Shown here: piece after piece, positions 12,996 to 25,052 of the stretch | Layout of the letters: the number at the start of each line of letters is the position of its first letter | Numbering within the stretch: position 1 is the first letter of the stretch | Assembly: GCA_976226885.1 (NCBI GenBank) | Contig: OZ320316.1 | Location: 79,608,001 to 79,672,000, forward strand | Source: Iphione sp. A-MEVVRFRX5 | Lineage: Eukaryota | DNA length: 64,000 bases | Reading direction: 5' to 3' | Notes under the pieces: model-generated | Seen by the model: only the letters and a program-made list of their open reading frames with translations | Database searches by the model: none | What the model was told of the DNA's origin: nothing | Position numbers and translations under genes: made by a program

Positions 12996-15445
12996 TAAAA
13001 GATACCGGATGGCGACAAGGCTAATGCCTCATATACACCTACGTGGTGCGACAAATCGTGTGATTATATCATACTACAGTAGACAGTAGTCTTTGTTCCA
13101 TTGCAAACATTCATGTCTCTATTTTATACAGAGTTTATGAATTTGAAACTTAAGTGGCACGCTGTAATGAATACATATGGTCAAATCTCTGCACGTCATT
13201 TTCCCTGAAATTTACATACATCTACAATAATTGTGGGGAAGGGATAAGGGAACATTAAAGGAAACTGTAAAACATACTGGTAGAATCTGATTAAGCATTT
13301 TTTCACTGAAGAGAAGTACATTCGACAGCTCTGTTTCGTATGGTAAAGGATAACATGTCACACCAAAAGAGCTTCTGTACTTTTATGTTGTATTTGGTGA
13401 TTCTGCCCGAGTCGCCGCCTGCTAGGCTATAGTTTTTGCATGTATGTATATGAGGAACCTTTTTGCTTCTGGTACATTTCCTAAATCGTTACGAGGCACA
13501 CGCGCTGCGCTTGATTAGTCAACGACCAATGCATTCACGATACATCACAAATTCCATCATGATATTACTATGCGTTTCATACGCGCGAATACAACGTATT
13601 ACATTAGAGGCCCAGCCAGTCGTCGCACTGCCCTTATAGATCGGGTCATGGCCCCAATGGACCTGGCGTCCCGCGTCCGACCTGTCTGTGGTCGACTAAA
13701 TCTGTCGGCACATCGACGTCGCTTCGCATTCCCTATGCTGCGATCTGCACCCCATACTGTAGGCGATGCGAAGATAATAATGAGTGCGGCGGACGGGCAT
13801 GTTCGGCATGCCAGATCTGCTCATATTGACACCTCAACTTCTGAGTCACTCTGAGCAGTTTAGGCGCAAGCAGGTGAGCCGGATAGGCGAGTGCCGGCGG
13901 CATGCCAATGTGGCGCGCGCGCTGGCCGAGGAACGTCATCAAATATCCACGCGGTCACGGGTCGAAACATCGCTCACTTTGGACTTATTTACATCCCCGA
14001 GGGCCGTCAACGATTTGTCCAACAGAGAAATTCTGTTTTAGGGCTTGTTTTGTGTGGGTTTCAATATAATGCATACACTAGCTTGTTTCCATGCCCCACC
14101 GACCGAAGCCCCTGAGCATTTTTTTCATAAGCTGGCGTGCACTGTAAACGGTCCATTGCTGCAGCCTGGATGGTCGTTGTATAAAACGGGTCATCCATCA
14201 TGCTCTATGGTTGTCAGAGAGCAAACGCTAATCTTTATTGAAACCAAATGGACATTGGCACGCGGCATCATCACAGCCAATGAAGATTTGACGCCCATAT
14301 TTCAGAGACTGACAGCCTCTTTGGACCGACCGTCAAGCATTCTGTTTCTCAAAGCATTCCTCGATGCCCGATTTTTGCTCCTTCAATATTTCCACGGCAT
14401 AAACAGGAGTCAGTCAGAACAACCATATATTTTAACGTATTTGCTCCTACATAATTATATATCTCTTATCTATTCTGTTGACTCTGCTTACCCGAAATAA
14501 AAGAAAGGAAAGTTTTCTTCCTGGCCGAACTTTGGAGACGTTGACTTTGTTCATTCCCCATTTTGGCTCCGTGTTGAGGAGCTTAAGTGCTGGTAGAAAT
14601 TCCGCGGATGACGGGAGCTAGTGGAGTAGAAAATGTCGTTATGCCAGCCCTCTTCCCGGCGGTCACTAATGGAGCGCGGTGGAGGGGCCTTCGCACAGGT
14701 TACCAACAGTGGTAATTGGCCTCACGTGGAGAGGTCAGATTGTGGTTGTCACGTGTGCCTCCTGTGTGACGGTCAATCAGCAGGTGAGGCTGCACCTGTC
14801 TAACAAGAGCACCCGACGAACAGTGAAGGCGAAAGGAGGAGGGCGCCGGACACCTACCTATCAGGTGTTCTACACCAAAGGGTCAGACCGACAACTATTA
14901 CCTGTACGAACTAATTTTTCTTAGCACGCAATATTTTAAACATACTACTGTGCGTTTCGATAGTTGTTAATAATAAGATTCCGTTTGCATTTCCCCGTAG
15001 TATCGTGAATGAACCATGTAGTTTATGGAAATGTATTAGTAGTAGAGAAAAAGTGTCCTTCAAAGATGGCAACTGGACTTCCTAATGAGTTGTAGATTGA
15101 AGAATATTCTTGTAGTGACAACAAAAAGCTCGCTACAAATTATTCCACGGCTACAACGGCTGTCTATACCTAAGTTCCATTTGTATTTCTTATATTAATT
15201 AGAATGCGAACGGGTGGCTAGAGTCACCATTATATGTGGTCCTGTGGAGTTTTCAATCACGAGTGCCACTACAAAGATTACTTGCGGGTAACGAAGTAAT
15301 GATGCACCGTCTCTGTCCTGCGGGAACAGGGAATCTTATTAGAGGAAGCGCAGCAGCACAACCACACCAAGACAATTACTCCTCGTCACCCAGTTACTTG
15401 GTATTTTTGTGCAATGTATTTGGAAAGGATGTCTGTTTTTAAAAA

Positions 15446-15850
15446 AGGATATCCACCCTGAGCAGGATTGCTATGGCTGAGCCTAATAAGCTGCGGTGAC
15501 ATGACATGCTACTAGCCTGCGCCGATCTCCAGGTGGAGTCTCGTGGAAGAAGGAAGGACTGTGTCGGCGCACCCGCCAAAGCATCTGGTATCCCCCAGGC
15601 TACACAGTCTTCGTGATGACAGCAGAAGAAGAAAACTACCAGTTGCGATTCCATATTGATTGAGGCAATTTCACTAAAGACAAATGGAATCCCCCTCTTT
15701 GGGGGCGGCGTAGTCAGGGCCTTAAAGGATCTTTCGCACACCGCCATCTGTCTCTTCCTTAAGGCGCTTTTCCTTGACAAACATGTATTATTGAGAGACC
15801 GAGAGCATGTGCTGCTGATCCGTAAAGGTGAAGGGCCCTAGAGGATATCC
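15446..15850 (+). mobile_element. Possible decayed LINE endonuclease fragment bounded by a 9-bp direct repeat
   Basis: AGGATATCC occurs at 15446-15454 and 15842-15850. An internal frame contains SIWYPPGYTVF, reminiscent of the APE 'PGYxxF' motif. Many stops. Confidence 0.2.
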
Positions 15851-16427
15851 CCTAGGGTTTCTCTCAGGAGAGGTTGGCACTGGCCCAAGCCCTTCCCTCT
15901 TTCTCGTACACACCGGAGGCTAGCCCCAAGCTCTCTTACCCCTCGCCCTTCACAGTAGCATGGTAACAGCACTCACAGCAGCGATGGCTTAGACCCAAGA
16001 TGAGGATGACGTGGAGGGGAGCCAGAGCCAGGCAAGATGGTGGACCTCTCGGCTTGATTTTCTGCCAACACCACGCCGTCGCACTTCCGACTGATTCCAT
16101 GTGACACATGCTGAAATCAGATTTTTGCTCGGCCGGGAATCTGTCAGGGCCATCTGCGTAAGGACACGGGTAATGGGACTAGGGGGAGGCCGACTGCACC
16201 GGCAGAGTTAGTAAGCGAGAGGAGCCGCGAACAAAATGCACAAGAGGTAATAGCAAGAGAGAGGTGACCGGTTTCGCGGGGAGTAGAGTGTGGTATTTTA
16301 GATGAGAGCAAGGCGGTAGAAATGAAGTGAACTGACTTAGATCAAGGACATGTCACCGCATTCTGACAACGTCAAAAGAGGTTGGCGCTAACCATGTCTA
16401 ACTTTTCATTCACATAACAATCAGCAA

Positions 16428-16475
16428 GTCCACTGACTCTGAGGTGGCAGGTTCAATCCCGGGCCTGGGACTCTT
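16428..16475 (+). mobile_element. tRNA-derived SINE-like fragment (B box only)
   Basis: GAGGTGGCAGGTTCAATCCCGGGCC contains a Pol III B box / T-arm motif GGTTCAATCCC (16450-16460). There is no A box or cloverleaf, so it is not a tRNA gene. Confidence 0.35.
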
Positions 16476-19400
16476 CATTACAACCAGACAGATTTAGTGT
16501 AGCCCCAACCCAGAGTGGTCCACAACTCATAAAAAGGCCGTGAGTGTATAGAATTCTGCCCCTTTTGCACAAAAAGACCCCAGAAACCTATTTGAAATAA
16601 GAGTAGGGGGATAACCCCAGGTATTCTGGTCTCAGTTCTCAATAATAGATGGTAGTATGCTACCCCAGGAGGATATGGAAGGTCCCTGTCACATGATAGG
16701 TGAATAAATTCCTGGTAAAAGATACAATGAAATGAAAAAAGGGATAAAAATGGACGTTTTTAACTTTGGAAAGATGAAATATTGGAATGCATGCATTCAT
16801 AAGCTGGAATTTCTCAGTATAGTGTTATAACCTCCGTGAATTTAATTATGTCCCAAATAGCTCCAGATTGCTATCCATTTATTCTGCAAGAAAACGGACC
16901 GACAGGCATACACATTCTATTATTTGCTTGAGCTAGCAGCACGGAGACCCAAGCCTAACTCATGAGAACCTCTTCAATTTGGCTGGTCACATACACCAAA
17001 GGTCGGCCTTAATGCACTATCTGTGCAGTGGCGGGACCAGCCGACAACCAATTGTAGTTTTAGACATTAGCGTCGAAAGGGAGCGAAAGGGAGAACTGCG
17101 AAACCGCTATAAACCAATATTAGACGTATGGATTTTTCACCAAGCGCTTCGTTTGCGGGCCCTCTCTGCTGGGCGGGCCGATGACATCTCCAGCACACCG
17201 GCCACGTCCCCTGCATATTTACCTCATTCAGGAATATGACCGCGCAGGCAATTGATTGAGCCTCAATCCCGCCCGACACATACAGACTGGCTCAGTCACT
17301 GGTAGGGGAGGAGGCAGAAGAGGGGAGATAAAAGTGAGCCAAAATGGACAGGAAAACGACGTGAGAGCAGAGCGGCTGGAAGAGGCAGCAACGTATTGAC
17401 GCTCAGGTGAACACATAGTACGGGCGGAATAAGGAGAGGGTCGAGCCTGAAATGGGGGGGGGGAGGCAGAAGACCCGACTGCTAGTGAACCAGGGGACAG
17501 GCAGGAGGGCACTTACCCTAGTGTCCCTTCTTCGTGGAGAATTTCCAATGGAGAGCAACACCCTCGACACAGAACGGCCCTGACCAGACTCACGCGAAAG
17601 CCGCATGCTGACACCGCTGCCCTGGACCTTGCTTGTTCCTTTGTCTGTGGTCCACCTAATTTCATGAGCAGGTTCGCCGGGGAAAGAAGTTGGGTCGGTT
17701 CCGTCGGTGTTGTTTTCCAGCCCATGGTCACGAGCGGAGAAATTGTCGAGGACATTTCCATGGGAGCACACAATGTGAACCCCGAGGGAATTCATTTACC
17801 TGCCGCCTCTATTTCATATCGGCTACGTTAACCGTTATGTAAATATTTTGCTCCTTACTATGAGTATTTTTCAGTCTTCTCGGTCTTTAAACATATGATT
17901 AGCACAAGATATAGTAACTGAATATTCCTCTTTTAAAAACTGGTTATCATCGCGAGCCAAGAGATACTCTAATATACAAACCGACGATGTTTTTTTGCGG
18001 GGGGGGGGGTGTACGTCTGCCTCTGCCTCACATCAAAGAGCCCACGCCCTCCCTCCGCGGCTCCGGAGAGCATCAGCTGCTCAGGGAATGCAAACATGAA
18101 ACTTCTTTTGAAATGAAATTAAGTCTCTTTTAGTTAGCACTTCTCAAACATCAATTTCAATCAAGACTAGATTTCAGGATGAAATTGATTCCTTTAGAGG
18201 TTCTTTTTTTAATTCCATGTGAACTAATGCAAGGCTTTGATGTTGAAAAACAGCTGTTTTAATAGGAAAGCTGCCTGATTTAATCATTTATTTTGTACTG
18301 AATGCGAGTGCAGTCTACTCCAACGTAAAATAATTTGCATCAGACCTGTTCGTTTTACAGTTTTGACCTTGAGCTAACTACAATGTTTAAAAGAATGCAT
18401 CATCGTAGGAACACAAGCGTACACATGTATGTATCCGGAGTTTTTGCGTTTTTTGGACGACGAATTGCGATCCAATTAAAGTTGTATCTATGAAGAACGA
18501 AAATTTTGCAAGTGGAGTTGCTTTGAAAAACAGCCGATGATATTTTTTTTCAAGGAAATGAAGCAAATCTTTCCTATGTGCCACCAACACGTGTAATTCG
18601 TTCGGGAATAAGGAAGTGCTCTTGTGGTGTTTTTTCCACCCTCGGCTGCATTAGCAACAGCGGCGCTATGCCCGAGGCTGTAGTTTGATGTTTCTTCGGC
18701 AACCCATGGGCATCAGTTAAGCTTCTTTGAACGCCAAGCTGCAGAGGTGTTGAGGCACTTTGGTAGGTTTAATCCATGCGCCACTGTGAGTTCTCGAGGC
18801 AGGCCGCGCCCGAGTCGAGAGGCTGGTGGAGAAAGAGCTATCTGTTAGCCTCTCGACGAACGACCACTATAATACACTCATACACAGGTCTGTGCCCATT
18901 TGAAAGCCCCGAATGTCAGGAAAAGAGACGTGTATATATCAGACAGAGAGAAACTGAGGGTGACGTAGGGGAGAGGAAAGAGATTAGTTTTGTGCGAAAG
19001 TTGACCTGTGGTAAAGACGTGCTTAAAGAGCACCCTAACTGGTCAGTACTTTGGTCGGCGACCGTGCCTACAACCCTAAGCTACCCTCCTTGGCCACCTC
19101 GATCACACATACCCCTGACTGGGCCATCCAACTCTTAGCTTTGACCAGCACGGTCACGTGCTTGAGCGAGAGTAATTGTGCTAATATCCCGGGGTACCCC
19201 GAGCCCCAAGCCTGCAGCTGTGATTGGCCACCGACCAGCGAGGGGAGGACTGAGTCATGTCTTGTTTCTAGAAAGGCTGGATGAAAGAACGTGCACAACG
19301 GCGCGCAGGAAGTCGGCGACCGTGGTCTGGCAGGACCGAGGTAATGAAGCAATGATCTATGGAATCTACCCCTTCCAATTGGTATGGCTCTCACACGGAG

Positions 19401-19581
19401 CCGGAAAAGGTCAGTGGTGCTCATGGCCATGTAAGAGCCGAGGGTGCACGTAGCCAAGGGCCGTATCAGTCAACTGGCGGGGGGCATGTCTGGCCTTAAC
19501 CACGAATTTGCATCCGCTCAGCGTTTCGCAAGTAAAGGGACACTGAAGGAAAGCGCCTCGAAAGAACGGGAGTAGACGTAC

Positions 19582-19938
19582 ATGGTAGCGAGTCCCATGG
19601 CTAGATACCGCTTCGGAGAGAGTCGAATAGTTAGAAAAAAAACGAAAGGAAACAGCAGGTGGAGTGTCGATATGGCTGGACTGACGATCAATTCTAGGGC
19701 AATAGAAAGGGACCGCGCACTTCCGAATGACATCTTTACATGCCCAGATGCAATAAAACCGATCATTCCCGAAGTATTGGGAATCAAAACACCTGTTCTT
19801 GTAAGTGTCTGCCACAAAGAATGTCAAAGGGACACCCGTCAATCGAACTGGGGCTTGGAAATCATCTCTGTTCGAATGTTTATCTGTGGGTTATTTCTGG
19901 ACGCATTTTATTCCCCTTTTAGACCACAGTTAACGTGA
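19582..19938 (+). mobile_element. Possible decayed LINE APE endonuclease fragment
   Basis: The ORF contains IERDR and LEIISVRMFICGLFLDAFYSP, resembling the 'FRRDR' and 'LE..WV......L.G.FYRPP' blocks of CR1/L2-type endonucleases. The GGGV block is missing. Confidence 0.3.
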
Positions 19939-22900
19939 GGAGAACACCCGTTCCACGCTTTGTGTATAAATAAATACGAGTTTACAACTAGGAACCAAAA
20001 AAACCTTCGAGAAACAGGGATATAAATCCTGGCAGTCTCGGACTCAAATGAAGACACCTTAATGGGTCCCAAGTAGGAAACGTACACAAATAAAGGATAC
20101 GATTCGTGATCAGATAGGCAATAGGAGGCCTTGTGCCGAGTCCAAGGTCGGCCCTCTAATGTTTCCGTGGACGCAGCTGTTTTAGACCCACCGATGCAAC
20201 ATTAAGGAGATGCATGAGTACTATACGAGATATTGAAACTGGAGAAGCCTCGCGGTTGAAGCGACGTGAGAGGCCCGTATTTGGGGGAGATGGCACTTTT
20301 CACTGACAGACAATGAGGAGGATTAGTCTCGGACGAGCGACCGGAGGCCGAGGACAATGGGCGTTTTCGTGCTGCCCTTGTATTGCATTGGGTCGGCCGT
20401 GGTGGGTCTGAGAGAAGACACCGGTGGTGTGCGGGTGGCGGCCTCTGATTTATCATTGTTATAGCCTACCTGGTACCAAGAAACACCTGCCCATTACGGC
20501 ACATCAAAGCGAATGGTCGGCAAAGTCCTGGCAGCAAAACGCTTCTAGCCTCATTACAGTGAGCAGCCATTCCTCCTAGGCTTACAACGTGAAGACATAT
20601 TCCATGGAAGCTATGAGAACTACACGGTCGTACTCCTCACTGAAAAAAAGTCATAACTATTACATGCATGCGAATTCCCCTATATTTTTGTTGATACGAT
20701 ATCCATACTTTGGTATATACAGATGAAGCATTGCTGCTGATACATGCTGTATATGTTGAGTACGACGTTCTTCCCCTTTCGTGAAAAAAAGATGAATCGT
20801 TATAATAAGTACGCCTTTTTCCCACCCCAAGCAAAGAGTGATCCTGTAGTCAAATAACAAGCCCCAACAACAATCCTTGGCTCTATTCATTTCGTATGAC
20901 TTGGTGTGCACATTACGGTATTGCCAGATATGTCCTTACAAGTTTAGTCAGTATTTAGGTCAGTCTGGAGGTATACGTGACTTCCTTACCAGACTGAACT
21001 ACTGGTAGGTATGACAGCCTATGGGAGACTGTGTTGTGTTCACGTGATAACACTCGAACACCCAACACCAGAGGGTGACACTGTCAATATGAATAATTCA
21101 CGTCAGGTCTTGTTAAGAAGCAGCGGTCGGATCCTGGTTGGTTTGCCATCTTGATGTACACTGTGTGAGTATGTAGGGCGAACGGATCTGAGCCACGCGT
21201 ACCCATGATATACACCTATTAACGCTAATAGCCTCTGGGCTTTAGGTGTGTCGACAACCCGGACGAATATTTTGCAGAAGCTAATGATATATTCAACTGA
21301 GCGTATAACTTCGGCAAACGACTGCTACGCCTGAATGCCGATGAGTGCATGTGTATATGTACGTGCACTAAGAAAGGGAGAAGGGGTAGTCACAGCTGCT
21401 GACAGTTTACCCAATCACAGATGGCTAGCCTGTCTTCTCTCCCGTGACATCTTCAATATGTGAGAAGCACTTCATGTGGAAAACAATACACGCCCTAAAG
21501 TCTTCACTGCTGTAACCCTTGTTGCTTCATACAGCGATACTGAAATATTATGTCAGGCCTTGTTCCATTTTCCCAACAATCTGTTCATGGTCTCTGAGAA
21601 AGTGTTGTCTGATGGCTGATGTGATTTAATGATAGCATCATTTTCCAATTAGTAGCATCCATCCTCGTAGAATCAAATATATTGTGTCAGCTTGGGAATC
21701 CATCCCGTTCAGCACACATAGTATATCATATTTAACTGTTTGCGTGCGTCCACTTCTTCACTGTTTCATTCTAACCAAGCAATCAGCCTTGCCTGCTGTC
21801 TCGTCATTGCGAACCTACCATCAGCTAAATGATGATGTATGTCTTCTGCGCCAACTTGATTACGCCTTACGCTGCAGCCTGGCTGCTTGGCGTGTAAGTT
21901 TCTGAAGAGTTTCACTCAAGCTGACTTGAAACTCTTAAAGACGCAGGAGGCCCTCGAATGACCTCCGCGTCTACTGCTCCTACTGTTAGATCCCTTTGTT
22001 TTACTATGCGGGACTTCTTGTCCAGTATGGCTTTGCCTACTGAATGAAAGTTCAAAGTCTTAAAAGATGACTTAGCTCGTCCTAATTTTGCCGTTCACTT
22101 TGGTAGATATTATTGAACTATTGTATCTTATATTTTTTCGGCAAATTTATCCCCATTTTCCCTTTCTCAAACATATGTTTTGTAGCCAATTTTTCTTTGG
22201 ATCATGTCCTTTTCCACTACAGTCTTCTCTTTACATATATTAGTCAAAAGTAGAAGTAGGAAATATAATCTTAACGCTTCAGGCGTAAGGCATCAATGGA
22301 CAGCACCCTAAGAGGCTACCCAGGAGTAGCTCAGGTTTTGCTCAGGTGCTGTGTTGACTGGGTCGTGTTGGAGAAAGATGGCTTCGTAAGCAGCTCACCG
22401 TCGATTAGATGCTTCCTGTTGCTATGGGAACAGCGATGAAAATGATGGCTTGCGATTAGGTTTTAGGGAGGATTTATCCGGAAGGCGTTGCAAAAAGCAC
22501 GTCAGTAGAGTAGATTATTTTCGTCCTCATTTTATCTACGGTTTATCCGGGACCCACCCAGGTGGCGAAATGATGAAAGTCTAAACGGATCCCAGTTTCT
22601 TGCGCTCGTCTTGATGAAATAGAAATAAGCACCAATGTGCTCTCGGCCCACTTGTCGTTTGGCCGGTATACATGATTTATTGCTCGTCCGCGCCTGCCAG
22701 GGTTGGTCTATTATGGAAAGATTGCCATGTGGCCCGCTAGTGTTTGCAGTGGCTGTGTCGGAGAGTAAGATGAATCTGGGCTGCCGGCCTTCGCCGTCCT
22801 GGCTGTCCGAGCACAGGTACACACCCCGCTCAAGAATGGTGTATTGATAATTATTCGGTGCGGGGTAGCAGTTCAGTGCACGGTGCCTTTACAGTGGGCA

Positions 22901-23299
22901 GTTCATAAAGATAATACAAACAGGGCGGCACTATACCACGTCCTGTAGGGTCACTTAACAATTTATACGGTGAGTTTATCAACTGTTATATAACTGGGAC
23001 CAGTGAACGCCCAATCTGGTAAACCGTATTCTTTTCCCAGGTTATTCCTGAGAGAGTCCACCATTTTCCATGCAAAGTGTTTTCGGTACAATGTAAATCA
23101 CAAGCCGATGAAATACTTTAAAGACCTTTAGCTCACACGGGGACCAAAAATGTAATTCTATAGAAGTGTACTGTGTCAGGTGCATATACATTGTATATGT
23201 ATTACCCATCGCTACAGAAGTTTAATGGCTCCACTCAGCTGAAGTGCACTTGTGCTCCTTTCCATGTGAACTTTCTATGCTTTGGCTATGTGACATTTT

Positions 23300-23960
23300 A
23301 CGATAATGAAGGCCATGTGACTTCTGGCCAGGTGGACCCGATGGGTTCAGCAGGTGCCCACTACACTCTGGCGCCCGGCACACCTGGCCAGAAGGGGTCT
23401 CTGGCGACAGGTCATCAACTTTGGCGCATGCTAAAAACCTCGCCGCGAGCGGCTCGGAAAAATATCGGCCGCTGAAATTGTGCCTCGAAGCCTGCGGGAA
23501 ATGACCCGTACGTCGGGTCCAGAAAGAGCGATGTCTGCCGGCTGTCACAGTTGATGTGCGCGCCCCTCCGGGTAACCATGACCCTCAGCTACAGCCTCAG
23601 GATTGCCATTGCAACCTGGAACTGTGACCGACAGGCCATGCGGCCCTTGGACGAAGTGCGTGCAGATTGTGCCGGCAATATCGAGGATGGGGGTGGGAGA
23701 AGCCCAGGTTTGTCTCTGCCTTCTGACAAGTCACTTCCGACTTCAGACCCGACCAACTGCGAAGTATGGCTGCTCGACGCGGCAAACACAATTAGCAGGT
23801 CTGTCGGTATCAGACTCTCGAGTGGCTTCCAAAGTCGGTTACAGGGCTTCCATACTGCCTGTCGTCCGCTCGTTTTCCGGCTCGTTTCCATACCGTTTGA
23901 AAATTCGGAGAGTGATACAATTAGACCACCTGTTACGCGTGGAAAGAAAGTTATTAGCAT
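23300..23960 (+). mobile_element. Decayed RTE-like non-LTR retrotransposon, 5' region plus endonuclease N-terminus
   Basis: ORF 23551..24012 contains LRIAIATWNC (APE start motif, typically 'L.IGTWNV') and SVGIRLSSGFQSRLQGFHTACRPLVFRL (cf. RTE 'GVGI.LS.......F.P.NERL..LRL'). The GC-rich upstream segment is consistent with a 5'UTR. Confidence 0.5.
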
Positions 23961-25012
23961 GGTTAAAAGGAAGCCCCTCGTTTTCTCCCTCAGAATAGCA
24001 TTTAAAGGTTAGTTTGGTGGGAGAGCTGTAGTCCATGGCTGTTGTCAAACTCAATATATTCACGTACACATTTCTTTATATTCCAGCAGAAAAGGATTGA
24101 GGTAAACGCCTTCCTGCCGGCTGTGAATAAGTTCCAAATTATTTGAAATATAGGGATAAATACGCAAATAACAACACAATGTAACATCATGCACTCTTGA
24201 TATATTTCATCGTCACAGTTATATTATTGTCTTTAGGTCATTAGGATAACTGACGATAAGTGATGGAGGTACATAAGTAGAAAGACTCTCATGACAGCTT
24301 TTATTTCTAACACATTTATAATGTTTAGGTGGAACATTCCTCGACAACATTACATATAAAGGTATGTCATAAAGGCCTGTCATACCTGTTATTACAAATG
24401 ATAATAACATATTCAAAATAGAAAAGATATGCAAGTCTATGTTCATGGCATGCAAATTATACCTTTACTACAATACAGTATATTAGAGTTTACAGCCCAG
24501 GGATTTACCATACATAAATATTGGTCCACCTTGAGATATAGTACACAAATGGATAAGGCGGTATGTTCGCCTTACGTTTATTTTCTTGGAATAGGTTAGT
24601 CTTCTTTTTAACCATTCATAAAAGAATGCAAGCTAAGATTGTATAATAAGGTGATGACATTGTCCGTCTATTCCGTAGATTTGTTGGTAGTCTTAATAGT
24701 TCCATAGTCTCTTAGAAAACCACCGATAATAAGGCCCTCTTCCATAACACCGCAGTAATAAACGCCACGCAGAGGACCGGTAGTGTGCTCTCGAATTATC
24801 CACAGGAAGATTCAATTTGCCTTTCCATCAGTTTTTCATGATCTGATTTGTAACTTTGGATAACTATCAATACTTGGCATGGAAAGCAGATCAGCCGTGC
24901 ATGGACCACGTGAACAAGATTTACATGATTAGGTTGTCGCCGCCCTAATTTGTTGTCCTTCGTCCTGCCCCAAGACACACTTCTCGCAGGAGAGAACATG
25001 TTCTAAACATTG

Positions 25013-25052
25013 CATGTACATGTACATGTACATGTACATGTACATGTACATA
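25013..25052. repeat. (CATGTA)6 self-complementary microsatellite
   Basis: CATGTA x6 plus CATA; contains repeated palindromic TGTACA/TACATGTA units and strictly alternates purines and pyrimidines. Confidence 0.95.

Noticed and set aside
22285-22310. REST/RE1-like site (GGCATCAATGGACAGCACC)
   Set aside because: The right half fits, but the left half and spacing do not match TTCAGCACCNNGGACAG.
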